From positions 2,331 to 66,330 of the forward strand of contig JBBIOE010000008.1 of the NCBI GenBank assembly GCA_037443525.1: a stretch of 64,000 nucleotides of DNA, read 5' to 3'. The translations under genes were made by a program, and so were the position numbers. Positions 34,215 through 43,383 of the stretch are shown here, in pieces (position 1 is the first letter of the stretch; each line of letters begins with the position of its first letter). The notes under the pieces are model-generated. The model was given only the letters and a program-made list of their open reading frames with translations, did not search any database and had not been told where the DNA came from. This stretch comes from Archangiaceae bacterium (GTDB lineage Bacteria > Myxococcota > Myxococcia > Myxococcales > Myxococcaceae).

Positions 34215-34278
34215 GACAGGTTTTCCTTGACCGGCTGTGTTGCCCGGCGGGTGACCGCGTCTTACAATTTCCAATAGC

Positions 34279-34312
34279 TGACTGGGAATGCCGCTGACTG
34301 TGACTGTGACTG
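34279..34312. repeat. Tandem TGACTG hexamers (3 perfect tandem copies at 34295-34312 plus 1 at 34279-34284) in the tilS upstream region
   Basis: Directly visible: gcTGACTGggaatgccgcTGACTGTGACTGTGACTGgg. Confidence 0.5.
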
Positions 34313-34472
34313 GGCATCCGAGGGTTGGCACGAGATCGACGTTGGGCCCTGGAGTCCCCCCCTCCCCTCCAGGGCTCACGGGACGGGCCGGTTCATCCGG
34401 TCCGTCTCTCTTTTCGGGGTCCTCTGCGGCAGCGTGGAGCACCCCAACAGCGAGCGACGGTCCCCGCCCGTC

Positions 34473-36596
34473 TCACTCCTGCTGTGAGTACCACTGCAGC
34501 CCACCGATGGTGACATCGGTGGTGCACTGCAGGCTGCCGCCGGACTGGCGAAGGCCGAAGCGGCCCACCAGCGGCGACGTCACCCGGCCCGTGGAGTCGG
34601 CCCCCTTCACCACCACCTGGGGCGGAGGCGTGCCGCCGTCGGGCAGGGAGCCGAGGGCGGTCTTCGCCGGCCAGATCACGTCGGCCACGTAGAGCATCTT
34701 GCAGGGCGCGGGCAGGACCAGCTCGTCCTTCGGCATGAGGGTGTCGAGCGGTATCACCGCCGCGGGAGTGGGGCTGCCGTGGAAGAAGAGGCGCACCACC
34801 GGCTTGGGCGGGGCGTAGCACTTGCCCGCCCCGGTGGCGGCGCCCGCGTCGGCCCTCGGCGCCGAGTCGGCCACGCAGCGCAGGCCCGAGGCGCAGGCGC
34901 AGGCGTCGCCATCCTTGCAGCCCACGCCACCGTCCACGGTGCAGGCCGGCGGCGAGCTCTGCAGCCGGGCGTCGTTGAACTCGTGCACCAGCACCTTGTA
35001 GGTGCAGGACGCGGTGGCGCAGAGCGCATCGTTCTCGGGGAAGTTCAAGGAGACGTTCTCGAGCAGGTCGGCGGTCGTGCCCTTGTCGTCGAGGTTCAGC
35101 TTGGGATCGTCGGAGGCGCCGGGGCCTCCCCAATCGAAGCCGTAGCCGGCGCCGGCGTTCGCCTGCTGAATCGAGACCGCGTACCCGTTGATGTCGCCGG
35201 AGGTCTTCGCCAGGGCGCCGGCCTCGAAGGGCTCGAAGACGCCCGAGAAGGGCTCGGAGGGCACCGTGACCGCCGACGGCCGCACCAGGTGCACGTCGAG
35301 GTCGACGCCCGCCGCGCCGAGCCACTGCACCTGGGCGACCAGGTCCTGCTTCACCGCGACCGCCAGGGTGACGGACACGGTGGTCGACCCGCCCTGGGGA
35401 TCGGTGACCTTCAGCGTGAGCCGGTAGGTGCCGGTCACCATCGGTCGGAATTGGAGCTGCGGGGTGGTCGCGCCCGAGAGCCCGAGGCCCTCCGCGCCCG
35501 CGGGTACCGAGACCAGCGTCCAGGCGTAGGAGAGCCCCGCGCGCCGGGTCTCCGGGTCCGTGGTGCAGGTGGAGGTGTCGGCCAGGTCGGACTGCGCCGA
35601 GAGCTCGACGAGATCGCCCGGACGCACGTCGCGCGTGCCGGAGAAGTCGTAGCCCAAAGGGGGCGGCACGAGCAGCGGTGCCCACTCGGCCGCCGAGCCG
35701 TACTCCCGCGGCGCGTCCTGCGAAGGGGGCGGCACCACGCGCCAGAGGTTCGCGCAGACCTTCGGCGGCTGGTTCGGCAACAGCGCCCCCTTCAGGCCCA
35801 CCGCGATGGACGGGTGGTCGGGGTCGTCCGACGTCACCACCAGCGACGCGTGGTAGCTGGGCTGGTTCTGGCTCGTGGGCACGAAGCGCAAGGGCACGTT
35901 GCGCCCCCCGCCGGGCGGGAGGAGCACGCCCCCGTCGGCGAACGCGTCGCCGCCGGCGAACGAGAAGGCCCCCACGTCCGGGCCCGTCAGGAAGACGCCG
36001 GTGAGGTCGAGGTCCACCGGGCCCGCGTTCTGGATCACCACCGCCGGCAGCGCCGTCACCGGAATGGGCGACGGGCGCACCAGCGGCTCGAGGCCGAAGT
36101 CGATGGAGGGCGGGGCGTCGACCGCCGTGCTCGTGCAGCCGTTGCTCGCCTGGCAGTCCACCTTCACTTCGATGAGCGGCTGGGCCCCGACCCCGTCGAG
36201 CAGCACGCGCTGCGTCGGCTGCTCGGGATCGTCGCTGCTCACCGTGAGCACCGCCTCCCAGGCCTGCACCGAGGTCGGCGAGAAGGTGATGGTCAGCGGC
36301 GTCGAGGACATCGGGTCGACGAAGAGCGGAGGGGCCGAGACGGAGAAGCCCTCGGCGCCCCCGGGTTCTCCGCCGTTCACGAGCTTCACCGAGGTGATGG
36401 AGACGGCCGCCTGCGTGCCCGAGGTCAGCTTCACCGTGCGCGTGTCGCTCGCGCCGACCCGCACCGGGCCGAAGTCGAGGCTCCGCGGCGTCACCGACAG
36501 GGCAGGTTTGATCTTCGAGACCTGCGGCTTGCAGTTGCAGCCCTGCGCTCCAACGGCCAGGGCGATCACGACTGCCGGGTGGACTCGCATTCGCAC
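34473..36596 (-). CDS. Large secreted (lipo)protein with Ig-like / choice-of-anchor-type domains, cell-surface protein
   Basis: 707 aa; signal peptide with …AVGAQGC; an N-terminal domain SLDFGPVRVGASDTRTVKLTSGTQ typical of HYDIN/choice-of-anchor-D modules; a Cys-rich C-terminal region. Confidence 0.55.
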   Translation of the reverse strand: MRMRVHPAVVIALAVGAQGCNCKPQVSKIKPALSVTPRSLDFGPVRVGASDTRTVKLTSGTQAAVSITSVKLVNGGEPGGAEGFSVSAPPLFVDPMSSTPLTITFSPTSVQAWEAVLTVSSDDPEQPTQRVLLDGVGAQPLIEVKVDCQASNGCTSTAVDAPPSIDFGLEPLVRPSPIPVTALPAVVIQNAGPVDLDLTGVFLTGPDVGAFSFAGGDAFADGGVLLPPGGGRNVPLRFVPTSQNQPSYHASLVVTSDDPDHPSIAVGLKGALLPNQPPKVCANLWRVVPPPSQDAPREYGSAAEWAPLLVPPPLGYDFSGTRDVRPGDLVELSAQSDLADTSTCTTDPETRRAGLSYAWTLVSVPAGAEGLGLSGATTPQLQFRPMVTGTYRLTLKVTDPQGGSTTVSVTLAVAVKQDLVAQVQWLGAAGVDLDVHLVRPSAVTVPSEPFSGVFEPFEAGALAKTSGDINGYAVSIQQANAGAGYGFDWGGPGASDDPKLNLDDKGTTADLLENVSLNFPENDALCATASCTYKVLVHEFNDARLQSSPPACTVDGGVGCKDGDACACASGLRCVADSAPRADAGAATGAGKCYAPPKPVVRLFFHGSPTPAAVIPLDTLMPKDELVLPAPCKMLYVADVIWPAKTALGSLPDGGTPPPQVVVKGADSTGRVTSPLVGRFGLRQSGGSLQCTTDVTIGGLQWYSQQE

Positions 36597-36631
36597 ATCG
36601 TTCTACCCTCTCCCCCAAGCTGGGGAAATGG

Positions 36632-36660
36632 TTGACCCTGAGTACCGAGTGTCGGATAAA
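36632..36660 (+). promoter_or_regulatory. Candidate sigma70-type promoter for the ribbon-helix-helix pair: TTGACC (36632-36637), 17 nt spacer, GATAAA (36655-36660)
   Basis: Hexamer spacing fits; GGGAG SD at 36692-36696; ATG at 36707. Weak, sequence only. Confidence 0.25.
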
Positions 36661-36706
36661 CAGGGTGAGTTTCAGCACTACGCCAATTCGTTGGGAGCGT
36701 GCATCG

Positions 36707-36907
36707 ATGTCCGGAACCGACAAGCGAAAGCAGTCCCTTTACTTCCCCGAGGACATGCTCAAGGAGATTCAGGAAGAGGCCAACCGGCAAGACCGGTCGC
36801 TCTCCTGGGTCGTCCAGCAGGCCTGGAAGATGGCGCGCGAGCGCATTCGTGCGTTCCCCGCGGTCAACGACGTGGCTGGCGCCCCCGACGCGCGCGAGGA
36901 GCGCTGA
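36707..36907 (+). CDS. Small ribbon-helix-helix (Arc/MetJ/CopG-like) DNA-binding protein, 66 aa
   Basis: KQSLYFPEDMLKEIQEEANRQDRSLSWVVQQAWKMA matches a beta-strand then two-helix ribbon-helix-helix pattern. GGGAG SD upstream. Confidence 0.55.
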   Translation: MSGTDKRKQSLYFPEDMLKEIQEEANRQDRSLSWVVQQAWKMARERIRAFPAVNDVAGAPDAREER

Positions 36908-36911
36908 GTCC

Positions 36912-37103
36912 ATGGCGACGACCGACCACCGCAAGCAGTCGCTGTACTTCCCCGAGGAGATGCTGAAGGAGATCGAGATCGAGGCCTCGCGCCAGGATCG
37001 CTCTCTCTCGTGGATCGTGCAGCAGGCGTGGAAGATCGCGCGTGGCGATCTGCGCCGCATGCCGTCGCCCAACGACGTGCTCGAGCCGAAGCAGCAGCCC
37101 TGA
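36912..37103 (+). CDS. Small ribbon-helix-helix DNA-binding protein, 63 aa, paralog of the preceding gene
   Basis: KQSLYFPEEMLKEIEIEASRQDRSLSWIVQQAWKIA, ~75% identical to the upstream paralog across the ribbon-helix-helix core. GAGGAG SD. Starts 4 nt after the previous stop. Confidence 0.55.
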   Translation: MATTDHRKQSLYFPEEMLKEIEIEASRQDRSLSWIVQQAWKIARGDLRRMPSPNDVLEPKQQP

Positions 37104-37123
37104 GCGCGGCGTCGTCGGAGCAA

Positions 37124-37164
37124 GCGCCCTCCCCGGCCCGGCCGCGGAGGGCGTCTTCGTTTTG
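37124..37164 (+). terminator. Intrinsic terminator: 8-bp GC stem (CGCCCTCC / GGAGGGCG), 13-nt loop, then TCTTCGTTTTG
   Basis: Hairpin plus T-run directly after the ribbon-helix-helix pair and before the convergent gene. Confidence 0.5.
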
Positions 37165-37168
37165 CGGG

Positions 37169-37999
37169 CTAGTTCGCCGGCCGGACCGGCACCGCGCAGT
37201 TGGTGAGCTTCACCCGCGGCTGCGACTTCAAGCCCGCCTCGACGGTCTGGTTGAAGGTGCTCTGCTTCAGGTAGGCGGTGGTGATGTTCGAGTCGATGCC
37301 GCCGAAGCGCTGCGCCTGCTTCGGGCTCCTGGTGGCGTCGACGTCCTTCCCCGCGAGCATCGAGTAGCCGTCGCCGCCACCGAGCAGGTAGGAGACCATC
37401 GCCGCGCGGTACTTCACCTGGGGGAACGGGCGGCCGGGGTTCTGCACCGCCTTGCCGCCGATCGAGAGCGACACCACGCGCGCGCCGGCGGGCTTCGAGC
37501 AGTCGACCTCCAGCGCCACCTCGCTCGAGACCTGGAGGAAGCTTCCGGCCGGGCTCGCGATCGCGTTGCCCACCGGGTACAGCTTCTCCACCGCGTGCTC
37601 GAACGTGTCGTGAACCTCCTGCTCGGAGAGGTCCACCGACTCGACCTCGTTCTCGAAGAGGAGAATCTCGTGGAGCACGCCGTTGGCCAGCGGGCCTTCC
37701 TTGACGATGTTTCGCGTGACGCACAGTCCCTCGGCGCGAATGGCGCCGCCGTTGGTCACCGCGAAGTCCACCGCCGAGTCGGTGTCCTTGAAGATCCACG
37801 AGAACGCGTCGGCCGCCACCTGCCCGATGGCGTTGTTGGCGTGGCGGGCGTTGGGCCGATCGAGCCACAGCTCGGTGCCCTTCTGAACGAAGGCCACGCG
37901 CTCGGTCGGGTTGTCCACCAGCGGCTGGCACGGATCGTTGTACGCGATGCACGCGCTGGAGCCGAGGGCGAGGGCGAGGGTGGCGGCGAAGAGGCGCAT
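37169..37999 (-). CDS. Secreted/lipoprotein consisting only of a 5'-nucleotidase C-terminal (substrate-binding) domain
   Basis: 276 aa; signal MRLFAATLALALGSSAC. Resembles the UshA/5'-nucleotidase C-terminal domain but has no N-terminal metallophosphatase domain. Its ATG overlaps the TonB-dependent receptor stop as ATGA. Confidence 0.55.
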   Translation of the reverse strand: MRLFAATLALALGSSACIAYNDPCQPLVDNPTERVAFVQKGTELWLDRPNARHANNAIGQVAADAFSWIFKDTDSAVDFAVTNGGAIRAEGLCVTRNIVKEGPLANGVLHEILLFENEVESVDLSEQEVHDTFEHAVEKLYPVGNAIASPAGSFLQVSSEVALEVDCSKPAGARVVSLSIGGKAVQNPGRPFPQVKYRAAMVSYLLGGGDGYSMLAGKDVDATRSPKQAQRFGGIDSNITTAYLKQSTFNQTVEAGLKSQPRVKLTNCAVPVRPAN

Positions 38000-40764
38000 C
38001 AGAGCTTCACCCGCACCGTACCGAAGACGAGCACGCTTTCGCGAGGCACCCCACCGGTGATGCGGTCAGGGCGAACGGCGTCGTCTGAGTACTCGACGTT
38101 GAAGACGTTCTGCCCGAGCACGCCCAGCTCCACCCGGTCGAAGAGCGGCTCCGTGCGCAGCTGGGCCGTCACTACCGTGTAGGCGGGGAGCGTGTAGCGG
38201 CGAATGAGCTCCAGCACCGAGCGGCTGTCGTTGCGGCGCTCCGACGCGAAGCGCGAGACGACGTCGAAGTTCAGGTAGGGGCCGATGGGGATCGTGAGCC
38301 CGGCGTTGAAGCGCACCTGCGGCACGTCGGTGAGCAGGCGCGACTGGGCGGGCGTGCCCAGATCCTCCGCGCGCACCCAGGCCGCGTTCACCCACGCGTT
38401 CGCCCGCCGCGAGAGCTCGAGCCGGGCCTCGCCGTCGAGGCCGAGGGCCTGGACCCCCAGGGGGCGGTTCGCCCAGGGCACCTGGTTGCCGGTGGTGTCG
38501 ACGCTCGCGATGGGGTTCGCGAGGCGCTCGTAGAAGGTGGTTGCGGTGAGCCGCAGCCGCGCGTCGCCCACGCCCTGGAGGTACTCGAAGCCGCCCTGCA
38601 CCGAGTCGATGGTGGTGGGCACGAGCGAGGGGTTCCCGATGAGGTGGCCCTGATCGATGTCGCTGTTGGGCGGGCGCTCGGCGAGCTCCTGCACCGTGGG
38701 CGGGCGCACGCTGCGGCCGTAGTGGAGGCGCAGCGCCAGCGCGTCGAAGGGCGCGAGGACGACGCCGATGCGAGGGCCCAGGCCGGCCGTGACGATCGAG
38801 CCGGTGAGCTTGCCGGTCGCGTCGGGCACCGGGAGCTGGAAGAGATCGAGCCGAACGCCGGCCTGCACCGACAGCACCGAGCTCGGGCGCCAGATGTCCT
38901 GCGCGAAGAGGCCGAGCGTGAATCGGTCGGCCGCCTTGCCGCGCCCGCCGCTGCCGTCCTCCGTCGGGTAGACGACCCCGCCGGCGCGCGCGAGCGTCGG
39001 GGTGTAGGTGTTTGCGCCCACCTGGTAGTTGGTGAGCCAGGCGTACGAGGTGAGCGACTGCTCCTCGACGCGCAGGCCGGCCTCGAGCCAATTCTCGCGG
39101 GGCAAGGTGAGCTCGACGCGCGCGTCGAGGCCGAGCGTACGGGCACCGACCTGGATCTCCTCCAACATGCCGTCAGGGAAGAGCGTCGCCGGATCGTTCG
39201 CCCGCACCTGGTAGCCGGCCGGCGTGAGCTGCCACAGGCGATCGGTGGACTGCTGATCGATGAAGGCCTGCGCCGAGACGGTCGCCGTGTCCGAGAGCTG
39301 CTTTCGCCACGACAGAGCGCCCAGGAAGGTCGACCACTGCAGCCGCGAGCTGTTGCCCACGGTGTCGAAGGCGCCGATGAGGGCGCTGCGATCTTCGAGG
39401 AGGTAGCGGCCGGAGAGCTCGAGGGTGCCCGCCGCGTCGCTGGTGTAGGCGACCCCCGCGCCGGCGTTGACCACGAAGCGCTTGTCGCGCGTGAACTTGG
39501 GGCGGGTGACGGTCGGGGTGTCGAAGGCGTCCCTCGGCACCGGCCGCTTGAAGCCGTACTGGGAGACGAGATCGCCGGAGCCGAAGAACTGCACCGCGCC
39601 AGAGCGCCTGGCCGCCGAGAGGTGGGCGTCGAAGGCGTCCCAGCTGCCGCCGCTCGCCAACAGCCGCACGCCGTCGTCGCGATCGGTGACCAGGTTCACC
39701 ACGCCCAAGAAGTCGCCGGGCCCGAAGTCCACCGTCGCCGGGCCGCGGAACACTTCGATTCGCGAGAGCGTCTCCACCGGCAGCGTGAGCAGCGCCTTGC
39801 CGTCGTAGGCGTTGTTGAGGCGTACTCCGTCGAGCAGCACCAGCAGCTCGGGGTCGTTTCGCAACCCGCGCACCGCCACGCGATGGAAGCCCTGCACGTC
39901 GCGGGAGACCGAGAGGCTCGGGACGAGATCGAGCGCCTCGGCGACGGTGCGCACGCCGAGCTGCTTGAGCTGCTCCGCGGTGAGCACGATCGGGGCGAGG
40001 GTGGACTTGAGCGACCGCGTCTCGAGGTGCTGCACCTGGCCGCTCAGATCCTCGGCGCCGTAGAGGGCGAGCTCCTCCTCGAGCTCGGTGCGGGGGCGGC
40101 TTGGGGGCGACGGCGGGGCGGGCTTGGGGCCGGCGGGCGGCTCCTTCTTGGCCTCGGCCTTCGTCGCCTTCGCCGGCGGCTTGGTCGGCTCGGGCTCCTC
40201 GGGCGGCGACTCCTGCTTCGCCTCGAGCTTGGCCCCCTTCTTCCCGGGCTTGGGCTCCTCGAGCTCGGCGGTCTCCGGCTCGGGCTCCTCGGGCGGCTTC
40301 TCGACCTTCGGCTCGCCCCTGCCCTTCTTTCCCTTCTTGCCGTTCGGCTCCTTGGCGGGCTCCTTCTCCTCGCCCGCCCAGGCGCCGGTGCCGATCTTCA
40401 CCCGCACCGGCCTGGCGCAGGTCGACAGGAGCGCCAGGCGCTCTCCCGACGGCAACACGCCCTCGACGCAGTACTCGATGCCCGGCGGCGTCATCCGCGA
40501 GGCCGGTAGCGTGACGCGGTACAGATCGCCGTACTGCAGCTCGAGGCGGAGCTCCTCGTAGTCCTCGTTGGGGCCGCGCACCTTGAGCACGACCTGGCTG
40601 AAGGCGACGTTGCCGGTCACGTCGCCCTCGACGACCAGGGGCTCTCCGGCCCTGGCCTCGGCGGGAGGGCGATGGAGGAAGGCCGAGCGCGGAGCGCCGA
40701 ACGACGCGGCCAGCGGCAGGAGCAACACGAGCCCAATCGGGCCAAGGAGCGTCGCACGCGCCAC
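37999..40764 (-). CDS. TonB-dependent outer-membrane receptor-like protein with an N-terminal extra domain and a long Lys/Glu/Pro-rich linker
   Basis: ~921 aa from the GTG at 40764 (signal MARATLLGPIGLVLLLPLAASFG). Plug region (…GVRTVAEALDLVPSLSVSRD…LLDGVRLN…) then a beta-barrel. A ~95-aa domain and a ~130-aa PEEPEP/KK low-complexity linker precede the plug. The start codon choice is uncertain. Confidence 0.65.
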   Translation of the reverse strand: MARATLLGPIGLVLLLPLAASFGAPRSAFLHRPPAEARAGEPLVVEGDVTGNVAFSQVVLKVRGPNEDYEELRLELQYGDLYRVTLPASRMTPPGIEYCVEGVLPSGERLALLSTCARPVRVKIGTGAWAGEEKEPAKEPNGKKGKKGRGEPKVEKPPEEPEPETAELEEPKPGKKGAKLEAKQESPPEEPEPTKPPAKATKAEAKKEPPAGPKPAPPSPPSRPRTELEEELALYGAEDLSGQVQHLETRSLKSTLAPIVLTAEQLKQLGVRTVAEALDLVPSLSVSRDVQGFHRVAVRGLRNDPELLVLLDGVRLNNAYDGKALLTLPVETLSRIEVFRGPATVDFGPGDFLGVVNLVTDRDDGVRLLASGGSWDAFDAHLSAARRSGAVQFFGSGDLVSQYGFKRPVPRDAFDTPTVTRPKFTRDKRFVVNAGAGVAYTSDAAGTLELSGRYLLEDRSALIGAFDTVGNSSRLQWSTFLGALSWRKQLSDTATVSAQAFIDQQSTDRLWQLTPAGYQVRANDPATLFPDGMLEEIQVGARTLGLDARVELTLPRENWLEAGLRVEEQSLTSYAWLTNYQVGANTYTPTLARAGGVVYPTEDGSGGRGKAADRFTLGLFAQDIWRPSSVLSVQAGVRLDLFQLPVPDATGKLTGSIVTAGLGPRIGVVLAPFDALALRLHYGRSVRPPTVQELAERPPNSDIDQGHLIGNPSLVPTTIDSVQGGFEYLQGVGDARLRLTATTFYERLANPIASVDTTGNQVPWANRPLGVQALGLDGEARLELSRRANAWVNAAWVRAEDLGTPAQSRLLTDVPQVRFNAGLTIPIGPYLNFDVVSRFASERRNDSRSVLELIRRYTLPAYTVVTAQLRTEPLFDRVELGVLGQNVFNVEYSDDAVRPDRITGGVPRESVLVFGTVRVKL

Positions 40765-40854
40765 GGGAGTGGGGATGCTCCGCCGAGCCCTCCATGAAGG
40801 CAAGGGAGGAAATTTGATCGGAGCGGACGCGCGTGGGACTTTCCCGGTCGCACC

Positions 40855-42477
40855 ATGCGTCCGTCGCTCTCGCTGCAGCGGTCGCTGTACCGCCACCAAC
40901 ACCGGCAGATTCGAAGCACCGTCGCGGGCGCCTCGGCCTCGTTCCGCCGCTACGAAGCGGAGTACGAGAAGGCGACGCGCACCTTCCAGCGCGAGACGAC
41001 TCTCGACGCCGTGGACGAGCGGGTGGCGAAGGCCGACCTGGTCTACGTCGGCGACTACCACACGCTGAAGGCCGCCCAGACCGGCTACCTGCGCCTCGCC
41101 CAGCGCGCCCTGACCTCCAAGCGCCGCGTCGTGCTGGCTCTGGAGTTCGTCGAGGCCCGCCACCAGAAGCTCCTCGAGCGCTTCCTCCGTGGCGAGCTGT
41201 CCGAGGGCGCGTTCTTGATGCGCATCGGCCACCCCTACCGGGGCGAGTTCGACATCTGGCCGCACTTCCGCCCGATCTTCGAGCTGGCGAAGGCGCACCA
41301 GCTCGAGATGGTGGCGATCGATCGCCGCGCCACCGGCCCGCGCTCGCTCGCGCTGCGCGACGAGGCCGCGGCCGAGGCCATCGCGCAGGTGGCCAGGGCC
41401 CCCGATCGCCCGCTCGTCCTGGTGCTGGTCGGCCAGTTCCACATCGCGCCCTCGCACCTGCCGGCGCGGGTGAGGGCGGCGCTGGGCGAGGCCCGCCGCG
41501 AGCACCTCCTCGTCTACCAGAACGCCGACGGAGTCTACTGGCGCCTCGCCGCGCGGGGGCTCGCGGGCCACGTCGACGCAGTGGAGCTGGGCCCCGACGC
41601 CTTCGCCCTCGTCTCGGCCTCGCCGGTGGTCTGCCAGCGCAGCTTCCTCGACTACGTTGAGGCGGAGCGCGGCGACGCGCCCCTCGACGAGACGGGCCTG
41701 CCCGAGACCTTCAAGAGGCTGGCGCGGGAGATCGGCCGGGTGGTGGGCGTCGACGTGCGCCGCGAGCTGCCCAAGGTGGGGGTCGTCACCGCCGACGATC
41801 TCGACGCCTTCGAGCAACTGACGCGGCGGGCCCGCTTCTCGCCGAGCGAGCGGTCACACCTGAAGAAGCACCTGCTCACCCGCGAGAGCGCCTACGTGCC
41901 GCGCGCGAAGGTGGCGTGGCTCGCGAGCCTCTCGCTCAACCACGCCGCCGAGGAGGCCGCCCACTTCGTGCGCCACGTCGCCGCCGGCGAGGCCATGGGC
42001 AAGACGCGGCTGCGCGGCGAGGCCTTCTGGGCCCGCTGCCTCGAGGAAGCGCTCGGCTTCTTCGGCTCGAAGCTGGTGAACCCCACCCGCACCTGCACGC
42101 CGCTCGACGAGTGGGTCAGGCTCTTCCGCGAGGGCTCGCGGGAGGATCGCCGCACCGCCGCCTTCGTGCTCGCGCTCTCCGCCGCCGATCGCGGCGCGCC
42201 CGGCGCCGCGGCGATGCTCCTGCCGCTGTCGCCCCTGCCCCTCTTCCACGCCGTCAGCCACGCGCTCGGCTACCTGCTCGGCGAAGCGCTCTTCCGCGCC
42301 TTCGAGGCCGGCGCCGTGGATCGCGCGACGATCAAGCGCCTCTTCGTCGATCCCTTCGACGATCCCGCGCGGACCTACTTCGAGCTCGAGGCGTCGCTCA
42401 GAACGGGTGCGCCAGCGCCACGCCCGCTCCGCCCGGCGCCGCCCAGGGCTGCACCTCGAGCTCGTAGCGCCGCGTGA
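40855..42477 (+). CDS. ChaN/Tiki/TraB-superfamily protein (haem-binding-uptake-like domain), no signal peptide
   Basis: 540 aa; the DLVYVGDYHT motif resembles the GxxH motif of ChaN/Tiki. The C-terminus is Pro/Ala-rich. It overlaps the convergent PAP2 gene by 80 nt, so the true 3' end may be shorter. Confidence 0.4.
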   Translation: MRPSLSLQRSLYRHQHRQIRSTVAGASASFRRYEAEYEKATRTFQRETTLDAVDERVAKADLVYVGDYHTLKAAQTGYLRLAQRALTSKRRVVLALEFVEARHQKLLERFLRGELSEGAFLMRIGHPYRGEFDIWPHFRPIFELAKAHQLEMVAIDRRATGPRSLALRDEAAAEAIAQVARAPDRPLVLVLVGQFHIAPSHLPARVRAALGEARREHLLVYQNADGVYWRLAARGLAGHVDAVELGPDAFALVSASPVVCQRSFLDYVEAERGDAPLDETGLPETFKRLAREIGRVVGVDVRRELPKVGVVTADDLDAFEQLTRRARFSPSERSHLKKHLLTRESAYVPRAKVAWLASLSLNHAAEEAAHFVRHVAAGEAMGKTRLRGEAFWARCLEEALGFFGSKLVNPTRTCTPLDEWVRLFREGSREDRRTAAFVLALSAADRGAPGAAAMLLPLSPLPLFHAVSHALGYLLGEALFRAFEAGAVDRATIKRLFVDPFDDPARTYFELEASLRTGAPAPRPLRPAPPRAAPRARSAA

Positions 42478-43297
42478 GCTCGTGGGCCTTCAGGCCGATC
42501 AGGGTTCCCAGCGCCGCGCCCACCACGACGTCACCCGGCCAGTGGGTGTGCTCCTGCACCCGCGCGAAGCCCACCACCGTCGCCACCAGATAGAAGAGCG
42601 GCGCCAGCTTCGGCCACTCGGAGGCGAGCACCGACGCGGTGGCGAACGCGGTCATGGTGTGCCCCGAGGGCATGGCGTCGGCCGAGGCCTCCGAGAACCA
42701 GTGGTGCCGGGACGGATCGGCGCTCGGCCGCTCGAGGCGGAACACCAGCTTTCCCAGGCGGGAGACGAGCGCCACCGCGAGGAGCGCCTCCGAGCCGGCC
42801 CAGGCGACGCGTTGCCCCGCGCGCCCGCCGATGAGGCCGATGGCCAAGAGGCCGATCACGTCGACGTAGCCCTCGCCGAGGAACGAGATCAGGGTGCCCT
42901 CGCGCATGCCGAAGACGTTCGGGTTCGGCACCGCGCTGATCGCCGCGTGCAGGGGCACGTCGTACGCCACCGCCAGCGCCGCGCCGAGCGCCATGCCGCC
43001 GAGGAAGACGAGCTTCTTCGGCTCGGTCGGGAACAGGCCGAGCACCGAGCGCCCGGAGTCCAAGAAGAAGCGCTCCAGGCTGGGGCGGGGGAAGGACGTC
43101 GCGAGGCCGACGCGGGAGGGCGCTGGGGCCGAGACCAGGGCGGGCGCGGGGTCGTTCGCCAAAGCAGGCTCGGGCGCCGTGGTGGGCGCGTCGACGCTCG
43201 TGGGCGCATCGGGCGCCGCCGGCCGCGCCGGGACCTCGTCTCGAACGTGAACCACCAGGCACAGCGCGAGCGCGAGGGCAGACACAGCGGCGCGCAC
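42398..43297 (-). CDS. PAP2-family phosphatase (phosphatidic acid phosphatase type 2-like)
   Basis: PAP2 motifs PSGHT and RVQEHTHWPGDVVVGAALG. Start set at the GTG preceding a hydrophobic signal/TM; the start is uncertain. Confidence 0.65.
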   Translation of the reverse strand: MRAAVSALALALCLVVHVRDEVPARPAAPDAPTSVDAPTTAPEPALANDPAPALVSAPAPSRVGLATSFPRPSLERFFLDSGRSVLGLFPTEPKKLVFLGGMALGAALAVAYDVPLHAAISAVPNPNVFGMREGTLISFLGEGYVDVIGLLAIGLIGGRAGQRVAWAGSEALLAVALVSRLGKLVFRLERPSADPSRHHWFSEASADAMPSGHTMTAFATASVLASEWPKLAPLFYLVATVVGFARVQEHTHWPGDVVVGAALGTLIGLKAHELTRRYELEVQPWAAPGGAGVALAHPF

Positions 43298-43383
43298 CCT
43301 AACTCCAGAGATCTCGCCGGTCGACCACGGATCTCGCCCACGCTTCCCTGAAGAAGCCCTCCCTCTGGGGCCGCAATCCCCAT

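Noticed and set aside
36707-37103. Tandem ribbon-helix-helix genes as a toxin-antitoxin locus
   Set aside because: Both products are ribbon-helix-helix antitoxin-like DNA binders. No toxin-sized partner ORF is adjacent; the next gene is convergent and encodes a secreted nucleotidase-domain protein.
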